NCBI GenBank assembly: GCA_045648665.1
Contig: JAZROL010000014.1
Location: 1-63,844, forward strand
Length of the DNA: 63,844 nucleotides
Direction: 5' to 3'
DNA from: Candidatus Enterousia sp.
GTDB lineage: Bacteria > Pseudomonadota > Alphaproteobacteria > Rs-D84
Positions 9,900 through 20,411 of this stretch are shown here, one piece after another (the first letter of the stretch is position 1; every line of letters starts with the position of its first letter). The notes beneath the pieces are model-generated. The model did no database searches. It was not told the DNA's origin and saw nothing but the letters and a program-made list of their open reading frames with translations. The position numbers and the translations under genes were made by a program.

Positions 9900-10394
9900 T
9901 TAATCCTTTTGTTTGTTGTTTGCAAGCAATGGCGTTAAACCTACGGCCTCTGCAAATCGGGCAGGGGAATCATCTTTTTCAAAAACTAATTTTCCGGTTT
10001 GACCCAGATTATAAGGTATTTCAAAACCATTTACGGCAAATTGATCATAGGTTAAATCCAGAACTGTATTTGATGGAACATGAAGTAAATAATGGTGTGG
10101 GCCATGCGCCCACGATTCACCAATATGTTTTATTTTCCAATCTGGTGCACCACCCATCATCAAAGCAAAATCAACGCTTGCTGCATAACAAAAACCGTCA
10201 GAATCGTATGTAAAACAAGTATAATTATCTGAAAAAGTTTTCTGTTTAACATCAGGTAATTTAAAAGAATCACGAAAACGCAAAACAAGGTTTTTGGCCC
10301 GCATGCGTGACACTTTGTCCATTTCCATCTTGTCAATGGTGGCTAACAACTTCTGCGTTGCTTTTTCATAAAATTGTTCTTTTTCTGGTAACAT
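9900..10394 (-). CDS. Hypothetical protein (164 aa)
   Basis: ORF packed tightly between tsaD and xseA; no recognisable motif. Confidence 0.5.
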   Translation of the reverse strand: MLPEKEQFYEKATQKLLATIDKMEMDKVSRMRAKNLVLRFRDSFKLPDVKQKTFSDNYTCFTYDSDGFCYAASVDFALMMGGAPDWKIKHIGESWAHGPHHYLLHVPSNTVLDLTYDQFAVNGFEIPYNLGQTGKLVFEKDDSPARFAEAVGLTPLLANNKQKD

Positions 10395-10413
10395 ACCTAG
10401 ATTATATCATATT

Positions 10414-11538
10414 CTATAATTCAGTCAATGGCCAACGTGGGCGCGGGGCAACCGGTTCGCGAACAATATTTCCAATACGATAGTTTTCTAATCCTGCCCA
10501 TGCAATCATAGCGCCGTTATCGGTGCATAAATTCATAGGTGGTGCGGCAAATAACATATCTGATTTGTTGGCCAATTTTTCCATAGCATTGCGAATAGCG
10601 CTGTTTTTAGCGACACCGCCCGCAACAACCAAAGTTTTTGGGCCGGCTTTAATTACTCGTGTGTCTTTTAATGCGTTTTCCAGACGATTTATAATGCAAT
10701 CAACAACGGCGGCCTGGAAAGAAGCACAAAAATCATTTATAAAGTTTTCATCGCGTTGTGATTCTGGTACTTTATCCAACATCATACGCGCCGCCGTTTT
10801 TACGCCAGAGAAAGAAAAATCACAACCAGGTTTATCACATAAAGGCCTTGGGAAATGGAATTTTTTAGCATTCCCATTTTGTGCGCGTTTATCTACGATT
10901 GGACCGCCTGGATAACCCAACCCTAACATTTTTGCAACTTTATCAAAAGCCTCGCCGGCACTGTCATCCAAAGTTTGTCCAATTAATTCATATTTACCAA
11001 CATTGTGAACCAATAAAATTTGACAATGCCCACCAGATGCCAACATTAACAAATAAGGAAATTCAACATCTATGTTTGTATCAGAATCACTGGCAGATGC
11101 CGCGCAAAGACGCGGGACAAGCGCATGTCCTTCCAGGTGATTAACAGCCACTAATGGTTTTTTTGTTGCGTTTGCAATTCCGGTTGCCGCCATCCAGCCC
11201 ACCAAAACCCCACCAATTAAGCCGGGACCTGCGGTTGCCGCAATAACATCTATATCTTCAATATTTTTATTGGCGCGTTGCAATGTTAATTTTATAACTT
11301 CATCAATAGCTAAAATATGCGCGCGCGCTGCCAATTCAGGAACAACACCACCGTATTTTTGATGTTCTGGGATTTGTGAATAAACAATATGTGATAAAAT
11401 GTTTCTATCACTATCAACAATTGCGGCACTGGTTTCGTCGCAAGACGATTCTATACCTAAACACAACACAGGTTTGTCCGAATGTGCATGTGTATTATTT
11501 GCGCCCATATCAGTTATAATCAATTTATCTTCTTTCAT
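10414..11538 (-). CDS. tsaD: tRNA N6-adenosine threonylcarbamoyltransferase TsaD
   Basis: LGIESSCDETSAAIV, NHLEGHAL and LASGGH. The N-terminus may be shorter (alternative Met at residue 11). Confidence 0.92.
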   Translation of the reverse strand: MKEDKLIITDMGANNTHAHSDKPVLCLGIESSCDETSAAIVDSDRNILSHIVYSQIPEHQKYGGVVPELAARAHILAIDEVIKLTLQRANKNIEDIDVIAATAGPGLIGGVLVGWMAATGIANATKKPLVAVNHLEGHALVPRLCAASASDSDTNIDVEFPYLLMLASGGHCQILLVHNVGKYELIGQTLDDSAGEAFDKVAKMLGLGYPGGPIVDKRAQNGNAKKFHFPRPLCDKPGCDFSFSGVKTAARMMLDKVPESQRDENFINDFCASFQAAVVDCIINRLENALKDTRVIKAGPKTLVVAGGVAKNSAIRNAMEKLANKSDMLFAAPPMNLCTDNGAMIAWAGLENYRIGNIVREPVAPRPRWPLTEL

Positions 11539-12239
11539 TTTATTTCTAGCAACGCTATCCCTAAATTTGTTTTATGTTTAGCAATTGTTTTAACATATTC
11601 TTGAAAATCGTTATCTATCACACGACCATAATGTCTTGATGCATGACGCAGATTTCCATTTGGAAGCAAAAAGCCCATGTGAACGACCGCTAAATCAGTT
11701 CCTATTTTATCATAAAATTTTGGATTTCCAGATATAAATAACACAATCAGTGGTTTTTCATTAGGAATGTTTTGTAAATTGGAATAGGGTATATATTCTA
11801 TATCAACCGAAACTGGTTTAAACGAAGTTTTTATATTGTGGACTTTTTTGAACCAGCTTTTTTTATCTATGACAACATGACGAACAGCGGTTTTACCGAA
11901 TTGATTGCTGACGTTTTTAACAAGATTTTTATTGTTGTTTAACCAATCTAATTCTGTAAAATGATTGCGATTAATGAAATCAATTTTGCCGTCTTTGTAT
12001 CTAATTTTATTAAGTTTTGCAATGTCTCCGCCCGCTAAAACCGTTTCTACAAATGTTGTGCAATCAAACGCATCAAATCTTATCAAAGGATCTGTGTCAG
12101 GTTGTTTCTCTTCACCAAGCGGATTAAGTACGTATTTTGTGTCGAGATATTCTTCGCCTATATAATAAGGATGCGAGCATCCAGAAATAATGATTAAAAA
12201 TACAAATAATATAAAACCCTTAATCTTCATTGGATACAT
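11535..12239 (-). CDS. Lipoprotein, DUF1460 / amidase-like family (tentative)
   Basis: Lipobox IISGC. DAFDCTTFVETVLAG resembles the conserved FDC..FVE block I associate with DUF1460. Confidence 0.5.
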   Translation of the reverse strand: MYPMKIKGFILFVFLIIISGCSHPYYIGEEYLDTKYVLNPLGEEKQPDTDPLIRFDAFDCTTFVETVLAGGDIAKLNKIRYKDGKIDFINRNHFTELDWLNNNKNLVKNVSNQFGKTAVRHVVIDKKSWFKKVHNIKTSFKPVSVDIEYIPYSNLQNIPNEKPLIVLFISGNPKFYDKIGTDLAVVHMGFLLPNGNLRHASRHYGRVIDNDFQEYVKTIAKHKTNLGIALLEIK

Positions 12240-12549
12240 TGTTTAATTTTATTCCATTATAACATAATGCAGCGCCGTCGCGGATATCCATAGTTCCAGA
12301 ATCTGGCAATTCTGCAATTTTAGTTACGCATTGAATTAATAATTCTGTGTTTTGCATATCAGGAACAATGCGTTTAAGGGTAGAAATACGTTGCTGTTCC
12401 GATAAAATCAACCATTTTTTTATACTGGAATTTTCAAATGTATAATTATGTTTTACACAAAAACCCAATACAACAAAAGCAAACAACAAAACACAAACAA
12501 TAGTGATTTTGATGACATATTTTATTTTTTGCAGTTTTGTCCTTGGCAT
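12220..12549 (-). CDS. Small membrane-anchored hypothetical protein
   Basis: 109-aa ORF with an N-terminal TM helix (ITIVCVLLFAFVVLGFCV). Confidence 0.45.
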   Translation of the reverse strand: MPRTKLQKIKYVIKITIVCVLLFAFVVLGFCVKHNYTFENSSIKKWLILSEQQRISTLKRIVPDMQNTELLIQCVTKIAELPDSGTMDIRDGAALCYNGIKLNNVSNED

Positions 12550-12554
12550 TTTTA

Positions 12555-12914
12555 TTACTCACATTTTTCAAGCCAAACATCCCAAGCATCATTTTGCAAA
12601 GGATTTTGTCCTGGTTCGTTATGATTCATCCATCCGCTGAAAACACGACCATCTGTTTTTGTATATATTTCAAGAAAAACGAAGAAATTTTCCGCATCAA
12701 ATGGATCTGTTTGTTTGCAGTTATGTGCAGTTATGCTTAATTCTTCATATTGAATTGTTTTACCAACAGTTATTGGAACAATTTGTGTTTTACCCGCGGC
12801 CTTGTTCATAATACGAACGACCGCCGTGTCTTTTTCAATATATGCAAAAGCAGGGGAACTAACAAGAAAAACCAAAGAGGCAAAAAACAAACAAAACAAT
12901 TTTGAAATGTTCAT
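12555..12914 (-). CDS. DUF2155-like periplasmic protein (alphaproteobacterial family)
   Basis: Trimmed to the ATG at 12914 (MNISKLFCLFFASLVFLVSSPAFA, a signal peptide), because the longer ORF would overlap rplS. FSGWMNHNEPGQNPLQNDAWDVWLEKC matches my recollection of the DUF2155 C-terminus. Confidence 0.65.
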   Translation of the reverse strand: MNISKLFCLFFASLVFLVSSPAFAYIEKDTAVVRIMNKAAGKTQIVPITVGKTIQYEELSITAHNCKQTDPFDAENFFVFLEIYTKTDGRVFSGWMNHNEPGQNPLQNDAWDVWLEKCE

Positions 12915-12939
12915 AATTCTCCCCTTTGGTTTAAAGATT

Positions 12940-13323
12940 TTATTTGTCGCTTGGTTTATTAGCAGACAAATCTTCAACAATACGAGCTTTCTTACCAGAC
13001 AAACCGCGTAAGAAGAACAATTTCGAACGGCGGACTTTACCGACGCGAACTTTTTCAATCTTTTCGATTGCTGGACTATATAATGGGAATTTGCGTTCTA
13101 CACCAACGCCATAAGATTCACGACGTACGGTGAAAGATGCATTGTTTCCGTTTCCACCGTCGCGTGCAATAACAACACCTTCGAACAACTGAATACGGAA
13201 TTTGTCCCCATCTTTAATTTTAACATGAACTTTAACAGTATCCCCGGCTTTGAATTCAGGAATAACTTTATTGCCTTTCAATTTAGCAACTTGTTCTTGT
13301 TCAATTTTTTTAATTATGCTCAT
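12940..13323 (-). CDS. rplS: 50S ribosomal protein L19
   Basis: The sequence ([12 protein letters not shown]...[14 protein letters not shown]...R.Q.FEGVVIA) and the operon position after trmD. Confidence 0.95.
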   Translation of the reverse strand: MSIIKKIEQEQVAKLKGNKVIPEFKAGDTVKVHVKIKDGDKFRIQLFEGVVIARDGGNGNNASFTVRRESYGVGVERKFPLYSPAIEKIEKVRVGKVRRSKLFFLRGLSGKKARIVEDLSANKPSDK

Positions 13324-13324
13324 T

Positions 13325-13999
13325 TTATTTTTCCTTTATTAAGTCCGGACGACGTTCTTTTGTTATGTCATCCGATTGTTGTTTCCGCCACCGTTCGATA
13401 TTGCCATGGTGACCGGACAGCAGGACTTCTGGGACTTTGTGTCCACGCCATACTGACGGACGGGTATATAATGGCCATTCAAGCCCGCCGATTTCGAAAC
13501 TTTCGTTTTGGATGGCTTCTTCACCACCACCCAACACATTATCTAACACGCGAACGCAACTGTCAATAAAAACTTGTGCTGCAATTTCGCCGCCAGATAA
13601 CACATAATCGCCAATAGATAACTCTTCTATATCATATTCGTCGATAACCCTTTGATCAATACCTTCATACCGACCACAGAGCAGGGTTATTGTATCACAT
13701 TTTGCGTATTCGTGCACTAATTTTTGATTTAAAGTCTTTCCGCGTGGCGAAAAGAATATGATTTTACCTTTGTTTTTAACGGAATCAATAGCATTTCCAA
13801 GAACATCTGGGCGCATAACCATACCAGCACCACCACCGAATTGTTCGTCATCTACACTGCCATAATTATTGATGGCAAAATCACGAATGTTGATTGCATC
13901 ATAAGACCAAATACCTTTATCCAAAGCGCGTCCAACAACCCCTTTGTCAAGGGTTCCCGGAAACATTTCTGGAAAAACAGTTAATATGTTAAAGTGCAT
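13325..13999 (-). CDS. trmD: tRNA (guanine37-N1)-methyltransferase TrmD
   Basis: [26 protein letters not shown] and [12 protein letters not shown]. Confidence 0.95.
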   Translation of the reverse strand: MHFNILTVFPEMFPGTLDKGVVGRALDKGIWSYDAINIRDFAINNYGSVDDEQFGGGAGMVMRPDVLGNAIDSVKNKGKIIFFSPRGKTLNQKLVHEYAKCDTITLLCGRYEGIDQRVIDEYDIEELSIGDYVLSGGEIAAQVFIDSCVRVLDNVLGGGEEAIQNESFEIGGLEWPLYTRPSVWRGHKVPEVLLSGHHGNIERWRKQQSDDITKERRPDLIKEK

Positions 14000-14461
14000 T
14001 TATTTTACAACTATTTTTTTGTTAATGAAATCAACATCTGCGCCAATAAAAGAAACCATCTCTCCATTGTCTAATTCGATAATGTCGCCGGCACCGAAGT
14101 TTTGAAATCCGTCAACAATTCCTATTTTCTTTCCCCCACGAATAACATCAAATCCAATTAAATCAGATTGATAATATTCATTTTCTTTTAATTTTGGTAA
14201 ATCATCGCGCGACACAAAAAGTTCTGTTCCACGTAAAGATTCAGCGGCATTTCTGTCATTAATACCATCCGCTTTTGCAATAATAATATTTTGCTTTAAA
14301 ACGCGAACAAAATGAAACTGTTCGGATTCAAATTTGTCGCAAAGTATATGAAATTTTTGAAAATCATTTGGTTGTTGTGCAAAACTTTGTACACGAAATT
14401 CGCCACGAATACCCTGTGGTGCAACAATTTTTCCAATCAAGATTTTATTTTCTGTATTCAT
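14000..14461 (-). CDS. rimM: 16S rRNA processing protein RimM
   Basis: IGKIVAPQGIRGEFRV and the operon position. The start is trimmed to the ATG at 14461. Confidence 0.88.
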   Translation of the reverse strand: MNTENKILIGKIVAPQGIRGEFRVQSFAQQPNDFQKFHILCDKFESEQFHFVRVLKQNIIIAKADGINDRNAAESLRGTELFVSRDDLPKLKENEYYQSDLIGFDVIRGGKKIGIVDGFQNFGAGDIIELDNGEMVSFIGADVDFINKKIVVK

Positions 14462-14511
14462 ATCAAATGTACGATTGGTGGTTACCCACCAATCGTTTAA
14501 AAGCAAAAATA

Positions 14512-14985
14512 TTATTCAGCAACTGTTTCTTCTGCAGGTGTTTCAGCAGGAGCTTCTTCTGCTACTGGTGCAGATTCTTCTGCTGGTGCTTCTGCGGCTG
14601 CTTTTGCAGCGGCTTCTGCTGCAGCTTTTTCTTCTGCGATTTTAGCCAATTTTTCGGCTTTATCTTTCGCCTTCATTTGTGTTTTTTCAGAAGGTTGGTT
14701 TTTCTTTGTTTGATTTGGAATTGGTTTTGCAGCAACCAAACCGCAATTTACCAAGAATTTATAAACGCGATCAGATGGTTTTGCACCCTTTGCCAACCAA
14801 GATTTAACTTTTTCAATGTCCAAAATAACACGTCTTTCATCTGTGCGTGGTAACATTGGGTTGTATTTTCCAAGTGTGTCCAAAGTTGCACCTGAATTAC
14901 GTGCATTACGCGCATCTGTGACGATTACGTGATAATAAGGACGTTTTTTTGCACCATAACGTGCCAATCTAATAACTGTTGCCAT
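14512..14985 (-). CDS. rpsP: 30S ribosomal protein S16 with an A/E/P/K-rich C-terminal extension
   Basis: MATVIRLARYGAKKRPYYHVIVTDARNARN is followed by a ~70-aa low-complexity tail. Confidence 0.93.
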   Translation of the reverse strand: MATVIRLARYGAKKRPYYHVIVTDARNARNSGATLDTLGKYNPMLPRTDERRVILDIEKVKSWLAKGAKPSDRVYKFLVNCGLVAAKPIPNQTKKNQPSEKTQMKAKDKAEKLAKIAEEKAAAEAAAKAAAEAPAEESAPVAEEAPAETPAEETVAE

Positions 14986-15225
14986 AATATTTGCTCCTAG
15001 GTTTAATCAGTTTATCTTTGTTGCCCAAAAATCATACAGAAAACGGTCATCAAGAGCGAAAACTCGCCGGTTGATGTTCCTTGCGCATACCGCACACAGG
15101 GGATTCTGTAATAGCAATCTTTGGGATTTGCGAGTGTATTATGAACCAAATTATACGGAAAGTCAAATATTTATTGAAAATACTGGACTTTTAAAATCTA
15201 ATATTATATTATCCGTAACATATTT

Positions 15226-15299
15226 GCGGGTGTGGTATAATGGTAGCACGAAAGCTTCCCAAGCTTTAGACGAGGGTTCGATTCCCTTCGCCCGCACCA
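15226..15299 (+). tRNA. tRNA-Gly (anticodon CCC), CCA encoded
   Basis: Manual cloverleaf. The acceptor is GCGGGTG/CGCCCGC, the anticodon arm is AAAGC-TTCCCAA-GCTTT, and the T arm is GAGGG-TTCGATT-CCCTT. Confidence 0.9.
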
Positions 15300-15332
15300 A
15301 AAATTAAATCGACCTTGTGTCGATTTTATTTT
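15281..15332 (+). repeat. Direct repeat copy 1: tRNA-Gly 3' end plus its terminator
   Basis: ATTCCCTTCGCCCGCACCAAAAATTAAATCGACCTTGTGTCG(A)TTTTATTTT is repeated at 15450..15501 with one mismatch. Confidence 0.85.
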
Positions 15333-15333
15333 T
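15306..15333 (+). terminator. Rho-independent terminator after tRNA-Gly
   Basis: Stem AAATCGAC/GTCGATTT followed by a T-run. Confidence 0.7.
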
Positions 15334-15449
15334 GGATTGTGACGACGGAAGAGAACCCGGTAAAGAGGGTTTGACTATGAGTAAACGAAAACAAGCAGAG
15401 CGCAGTTTGAGTTCTAACGAATGCCCCGCAGGCATATATATGCCGAGGG

Positions 15450-15501
15450 ATTCCCTTCGCCCGCACCAAAAATTAAATCGACCTTGTGTCGGTTTTATTT
15501 T
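15450..15501 (+). repeat. Direct repeat copy 2: orphan tRNA-Gly 3' fragment plus terminator copy
   Basis: 52-nt match (1 mismatch) to 15281..15332. The preceding GAGGG also matches the T-stem, with the T-loop TTCG deleted. Confidence 0.85.
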
Positions 15502-15754
15502 ATCTTTGTATTTGGCTTTGAATTTTTTGAAACTTTTTTGCGATGCTATTCAATATGCTGGATGGAATTTTGGCATTACGTTGATTTAATTGTTTATGTA
15601 ATGCATTTTCTATGTAAACAATATATTCCCATTTAATTGAATTACGATGTTTTAACAAATCGTTACCCTGAGAAATAAGGAAATCAACAAGTTCTTGTTG
15701 TTTTGTTTGTTTTGGATTTTTAAAATTCAAAAACATTCTTTTTTGTTCGTTCAT
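15500..15754 (-). CDS. Small basic hypothetical protein (84 aa)
   Basis: ORF only. It ends exactly at the second att-like repeat. Confidence 0.4.
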   Translation of the reverse strand: MNEQKRMFLNFKNPKQTKQQELVDFLISQGNDLLKHRNSIKWEYIVYIENALHKQLNQRNAKIPSSILNSIAKKFQKIQSQIQR

Positions 15755-15765
15755 TTTTTCTCTTT

Positions 15766-16884
15766 TTATTTTGTTGGTATTTGCAATAATTGATTTGGAA
15801 AAATCAAATCAGGATTAACTATATTATTGCGGTCGGCGATAATAGAAAATAAAATCCCACGACGTAAAAAATTACGAGCAATAATCCACAAACAATCGCC
15901 ACGACGAACAGTGTAATAAGTATCATCTTTTCCAGTCATTTCAGGCATTATAAATTCATGTTCTATTGTCGATATAGTATTATTGTCGCCGTCATGTAAA
16001 CGAATTGTTATAGTGTATTTTTCACCACTTTTCAATTTTTCAACATCTGCACCCAATCCAAAATTTTTATAATCAGAAACACGTGCAAAACCTAAATATT
16101 TATTATTCAAAGACAAAGATACGCGTAATCTTGGCAGAGCTTTGCCTGTGACAACTATACGGCCAGTATCAAGATAATCAATTTTAGAAACAACCAAATC
16201 TCCGTCTTGCAATTTTGGTGATTGTAAAATTTTACTGCCGTTTTTAGTCATTAACAACGATACAGAATTTTCATATCCGCGTTCTGAAACATAAACAAAT
16301 ACAGAATCTTCTGATTTTACATTGTTTGTTGTATCCAACAAAGAAATTACATAATTACCCGGCGCAAATGCTTTGACTGGCGAATATACAAATTCACCAT
16401 TTTTATCGGTGTGTTCAGTTGCGATAACTTTTTTATTAACAATAATTGAAACAACTGTTTCATTTGGTGTGCGTCCTGCGATAACTATACGACCAGACTT
16501 TTCGATACGAACCAAATCAAAACTTGGTACAGATACAATCTGTTTTTCCACAGGTTTAATTACAGGGGCAGGCACTGGCGGCACAATAACTTTGACTGGT
16601 CTGTTTACTTGTCTGAACATAACAGAAATCGCAATCATAATAACAATCAAAGCACAAACAATAGGGAACCAATAAGCACGCAACACAGAATGATTTTTCT
16701 TTTTAACAACAGGTTTTGTTGTTATTTTTACAGTTTCTTTTTCCGCATGAAAAACATTAAAACGTTTAAGAAAATTGCGTGTAAATTTACGACGATTATC
16801 AAGCCATGATTGTTGTCTGTCTATCGCGCCATTTATCAATTCGTCTGTGGTACGTTTTGTTTTGCCAATATTAGTGTTTGCCAT
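15766..16884 (-). CDS. LysM domain-containing membrane-anchored protein
   Basis: C-terminal LysM (YYTVRRGDCLWIIARNF...IVNPDLIFPNQLLQIP), a TM helix (WFPIVCALIVIMIAISVMF) and Ig-like segments. The start is set at the ATG at 16884, preceded by AAGGA. Confidence 0.8.
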   Translation of the reverse strand: MANTNIGKTKRTTDELINGAIDRQQSWLDNRRKFTRNFLKRFNVFHAEKETVKITTKPVVKKKNHSVLRAYWFPIVCALIVIMIAISVMFRQVNRPVKVIVPPVPAPVIKPVEKQIVSVPSFDLVRIEKSGRIVIAGRTPNETVVSIIVNKKVIATEHTDKNGEFVYSPVKAFAPGNYVISLLDTTNNVKSEDSVFVYVSERGYENSVSLLMTKNGSKILQSPKLQDGDLVVSKIDYLDTGRIVVTGKALPRLRVSLSLNNKYLGFARVSDYKNFGLGADVEKLKSGEKYTITIRLHDGDNNTISTIEHEFIMPEMTGKDDTYYTVRRGDCLWIIARNFLRRGILFSIIADRNNIVNPDLIFPNQLLQIPTK

Positions 16885-16985
16885 TAGAAATTCCTTATGT
16901 TTTATCTTTGACAAAATTATTGCAAATTATATTTATTTGTCAAGGCGTTTGTGGTATAATCAATAAAAACAAAATAGGTGAATAA

Positions 16986-18074
16986 ATGGCAATAAAAAAA
17001 ATTGGAATTATGACAACTGGGGGCGATTGTTCCGGGTTAAACACAGTTATTCAACGCCTTGTCGATGGTTGTGTCCGTCGTAAATGGCATGTAATTGGTA
17101 TCCAGGATGGAACTGATGGCTTGTATGCTAATCCTGCAAAAACGGTCGATTTAGGAAATGAAACTTTTCAATTTGCATCGTCGCATTTGGCGGGCAGCAT
17201 ATTGGCAAACGGGCATGCGGGGATGACTAATTTTGAATCTTCTGCACGCGCCGGAAAACTTACGAATTTTAATAAACGATTAAAAAAATCAATACAAGAA
17301 TTAAATCTGGATGCTTTGGTTTTAATCGGTGGAAACGGGTCTTTGTCTTTAGCACATTTATATCGTGAAATTTATAGCGGTGTATCACTTGTTTGTATTC
17401 CAAAAACAATAGACATGGATGTGCCTTTGACCGATAAAACAATTGGTTTTGATACGGCGGTGCAACAATTGGTTTCATATTGTGACCAATTATTATTAAC
17501 TGCAAGGTCTCATCATCGTTGGTTTGTTGTCCAAAGTATGGGACGCGATTGTGGTCAGTTAGCCTTATATGCAGGTGTTGCAATTGGTGCAGATGCAATA
17601 TTAATTCCTGAAATAAAATTTGACGTTGCTAATCTGGTTAAACATATTAAGCAATCTAAACGTGATTACGGCATTATCATGGTAGCCGAAGGAATCTGTA
17701 TACGTGGACATTCTGGTGAACCTGCAACTATGATTTCACGCGCTTTGAACAATGCAAACATTCCAAATCGCACCGCATTCCCAGAACATATTCAAAGGGC
17801 AGGCGACACAGTGGCAAGCGACCGTATATTGGCCGCCGGTTTTGCAGACACTGCGTTAAAAGCAATTGAAAACAATGAAACATACGTTATGACATCTTTA
17901 CAAAATGGAGAATATAAAACGGTATCGTTAAACGATTTCTTCGCGGCTGGCAAACAACAAAAAGACCCCAAAATAATTGGTGCAATGACATCAAATCGTT
18001 ATGTAGATCCAGATGATATCTTGCTTCAAATCGCAAGTGATATGGGAATCTATATCGGTGAAAAACGGGAATAA
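16986..18074 (+). CDS. pfk: 6-phosphofructokinase (PfkA family; ATP versus PPi dependence undetermined)
   Basis: GIMTTGGDCSGLN, LIGGNGS, PKTIDMDV and SMGRDCG. Confidence 0.88.
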   Translation: MAIKKIGIMTTGGDCSGLNTVIQRLVDGCVRRKWHVIGIQDGTDGLYANPAKTVDLGNETFQFASSHLAGSILANGHAGMTNFESSARAGKLTNFNKRLKKSIQELNLDALVLIGGNGSLSLAHLYREIYSGVSLVCIPKTIDMDVPLTDKTIGFDTAVQQLVSYCDQLLLTARSHHRWFVVQSMGRDCGQLALYAGVAIGADAILIPEIKFDVANLVKHIKQSKRDYGIIMVAEGICIRGHSGEPATMISRALNNANIPNRTAFPEHIQRAGDTVASDRILAAGFADTALKAIENNETYVMTSLQNGEYKTVSLNDFFAAGKQQKDPKIIGAMTSNRYVDPDDILLQIASDMGIYIGEKRE

Positions 18075-18100
18075 AAAAACCGCCCAAACGGGCGGTTTTT
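18073..18100. terminator. Bidirectional terminator between pfk and dnaK
   Basis: A-run, then ACCGCCC-AAAC-GGGCGGT, then a T-run. Confidence 0.75.
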
Positions 18101-18119
18101 CATAAGGAAGGGGACCTTA

Positions 18120-20009
18120 TTATTTTTCAGAAAAATCTGCGTCTGTGGCGCCTTTGTCGCCAGATTCAGGTTTTGATTCTTCTGCTTTTTGTGCTTCTTG
18201 GGCGGCTTTATAAACCGCTTCACCCAATTTCATAGCCTTTTCAGTCAAAGCATCTGTTTTCGCCTTTAAAGATTCAGCGGTTGCTTCGGCTTTTGCCAAT
18301 TCATCGCTCAATTCTTTTTTAGCGTTTTCAATTGCTTCGCGTTCTTCGGCAGATATCTTATCGCTATGTTCTTTCAAAGATTTTTCAATACTGAACACTG
18401 CGGTTTCTGCTGTATTTTTTGCTTCTGCTAATTCTTTTTTCTTTTTATCAGATTCAGCATTAGCGGCGGCTTCATCGACCATACGTTTGATTTCTTCTTC
18501 CGATAGACCACCGTCTGATTTAATTGAAATCGCTTGTTCTTTGCCGGTGCCTTTATCTTTTGCAGATACATGAACGATACCATTTGCATCAATATCAAAA
18601 GATACTTCGATTTGTGGCATACCGCGTGGGGCAGGTGCAATACCTTCCAAATTAAATTGACCCAACAATTTATTATCTGCCGCCATATCGCGTTCCCCCT
18701 GGAATACACGAATTGTCACTGCAGATTGATTATCTTCTGCGGTAGAGAAAATTTGGGATTTCTTTGTCGGAATTGTTGTGTTTCTGTCAATTAATCTTGT
18801 GAACACACCACCCAATGTTTCGATACCCAAAGACAACGGTGTCACATCCAACAATAATACGTCTTTGACATCACCTTTTAATACACCACCTTGAATTGCG
18901 GCACCAAGTGCAACAACTTCGTCAGGGTTAACACCTTTGTGTGGTTCTTTGCCAAAGAATTCTTTCACTGTTTCAACAACCTTTGGCATACGTGTTTGAC
19001 CACCAACCAAAATAACTTCATTGATTTGTGATGTTGTCAAACCCGCATCTTTCAAGGCTTTTTTGCAAGGTTCGATTGTTTTTTCGATTAAATCCGCCAC
19101 CAAAGATTCCAATTTCGCACGTGTAAGTGTTGTATTGAAATGTTTTGGACCTGTGGCATCTGCTGTCAAATAAGGTAAATTGATTTCAGTTGATGTCTTT
19201 GAAGACAATTCAATTTTCGCTTTTTCAGCGGCTTCTTTCAAACGTTGCAATGCCAATTTATCGTTAGATAAATCAATGCCTGTTTGTGCTTTGAATTCTT
19301 CGATTAAATATTTCAAAACGCGCGCGTCAAAATCAGAACCACCTAATTCAGTATCGCCGTTTGTAGATTTAACTTCGAACACACCATCTACGATTTCCAA
19401 GATAGATACATCGAATGTACCACCACCAAGGTCATACACAGCGATTATACCATCTTTGTTTTTATCCAAACCATACGCCAAAGCTGCGGCGGTTGGTTCA
19501 TTAACAATACGTAATACGTTCAAACCTGCAATGCGTCCAGCATCTTTTGTGGCCTGACGTTGAGAATCATTAAAATAAGCAGGAACTGTAATAACAGCAT
19601 CAGTTATTGTTTCACCTAAATAACTTTCTGCATCTTTCTTCAATTTGGATAAAATCATAGCGGAAATTTGGGAAGGGGCATACTTTTTGCCTTCGATTTC
19701 AACCCAAGCATCACCGTTATCTCCCGCAACAATTTTATAAGGGACACGTTTTTGTATTTCTTTGACCGCTTCGCTGTCATATCTTAAACCCATCAAACGT
19801 TTAATTTCATAGATTGTATTTTCAGGATTTGTCACCGCCTGATTCTTTGCAGTAATACCAACCAATTGTTCACCATTAGCGGTCATTGCAACAACGGAAG
19901 GTGTTGTGCGTTGGCCTTCGCTGTTTTCAATAATTTTTGGATCGTTTCCGTCCATGAAAGCCATGGCGGAATTAGTTGTACCTAAATCAATACCTAATAC
20001 TTTTGACAT
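18120..20009 (-). CDS. dnaK: Chaperone DnaK (Hsp70)
   Basis: [17 protein letters not shown] and [11 protein letters not shown]. The start is set at the ATG at 20009, preceded by AAGGAG. No dnaJ is adjacent. Confidence 0.97.
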   Translation of the reverse strand: MSKVLGIDLGTTNSAMAFMDGNDPKIIENSEGQRTTPSVVAMTANGEQLVGITAKNQAVTNPENTIYEIKRLMGLRYDSEAVKEIQKRVPYKIVAGDNGDAWVEIEGKKYAPSQISAMILSKLKKDAESYLGETITDAVITVPAYFNDSQRQATKDAGRIAGLNVLRIVNEPTAAALAYGLDKNKDGIIAVYDLGGGTFDVSILEIVDGVFEVKSTNGDTELGGSDFDARVLKYLIEEFKAQTGIDLSNDKLALQRLKEAAEKAKIELSSKTSTEINLPYLTADATGPKHFNTTLTRAKLESLVADLIEKTIEPCKKALKDAGLTTSQINEVILVGGQTRMPKVVETVKEFFGKEPHKGVNPDEVVALGAAIQGGVLKGDVKDVLLLDVTPLSLGIETLGGVFTRLIDRNTTIPTKKSQIFSTAEDNQSAVTIRVFQGERDMAADNKLLGQFNLEGIAPAPRGMPQIEVSFDIDANGIVHVSAKDKGTGKEQAISIKSDGGLSEEEIKRMVDEAAANAESDKKKKELAEAKNTAETAVFSIEKSLKEHSDKISAEEREAIENAKKELSDELAKAEATAESLKAKTDALTEKAMKLGEAVYKAAQEAQKAEESKPESGDKGATDADFSEK

Positions 20010-20172
20010 GTTTTTCACTCCTTAAAGTTTTATGCTTAATGCAGATATAGTTATAAAAATAATGGTTTCAAGTGCTAAAATGCAAAAAACATTGGATTGT
20101 TTTCATAATATTAAAAATATGTTGCAATACTGGATTTTTTGCCTAAGATATAATGTAATTGAGGATAAAAAC

Positions 20173-20385
20173 ATGACTAAAAAAGAACAAAACGATTTAA
20201 CGAATGAATCTTATTTAATGTGGGTCACGATAATAGTTGCTTTGATGACGGTAGGTGCTGTGCTTTGTTCGCAACACAAACAAGCGAAAGAAAAACACGA
20301 ACGTATCGAAAAAACAAACAAACATGAAGGCGCTGCTGTAAAGCAAGCCTGTCTTTTTAACAATATTATTCAAAAACAAAAATAA
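20173..20385 (+). CDS. Small membrane protein (70 aa), hypothetical
   Basis: The ATG at 20173 follows GAGGA. One TM helix (MWVTIIVALMTVGAVLC). The longer track ORF is probably an over-extension. Confidence 0.35.
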   Translation: MTKKEQNDLTNESYLMWVTIIVALMTVGAVLCSQHKQAKEKHERIEKTNKHEGAAVKQACLFNNIIQKQK

Positions 20386-20387
20386 AA

Positions 20388-20410
20388 TAAACCGCCCGTT
20401 TGGGCGGTGT
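20388..20410. terminator. Terminator hairpin ACCGCCC-GTTT-GGGCGGT
   Basis: Perfect 7-bp GC stem between convergent ORFs. Confidence 0.6.
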
Positions 20411-20411
20411 G

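Noticed and set aside
14512-14720. Unusual ~70-aa A/E/P/K-rich C-terminal extension on ribosomal protein S16
   Set aside because: It is in-frame low-complexity sequence with no independent signal, and I believe such extensions occur in some alphaproteobacterial S16 proteins. I judged it not informative enough for a finding.
15333-15470. tmRNA (ssrA, possibly two-piece) because of the tRNA-like T-arm/acceptor/CCA end at 15445..15469
   Set aside because: There is no complementary 5' acceptor strand nearby and no plausible tag reading frame ending in the usual (A/V)AA. The 3' part is simply an exact copy of the tRNA-Gly end including its terminator.
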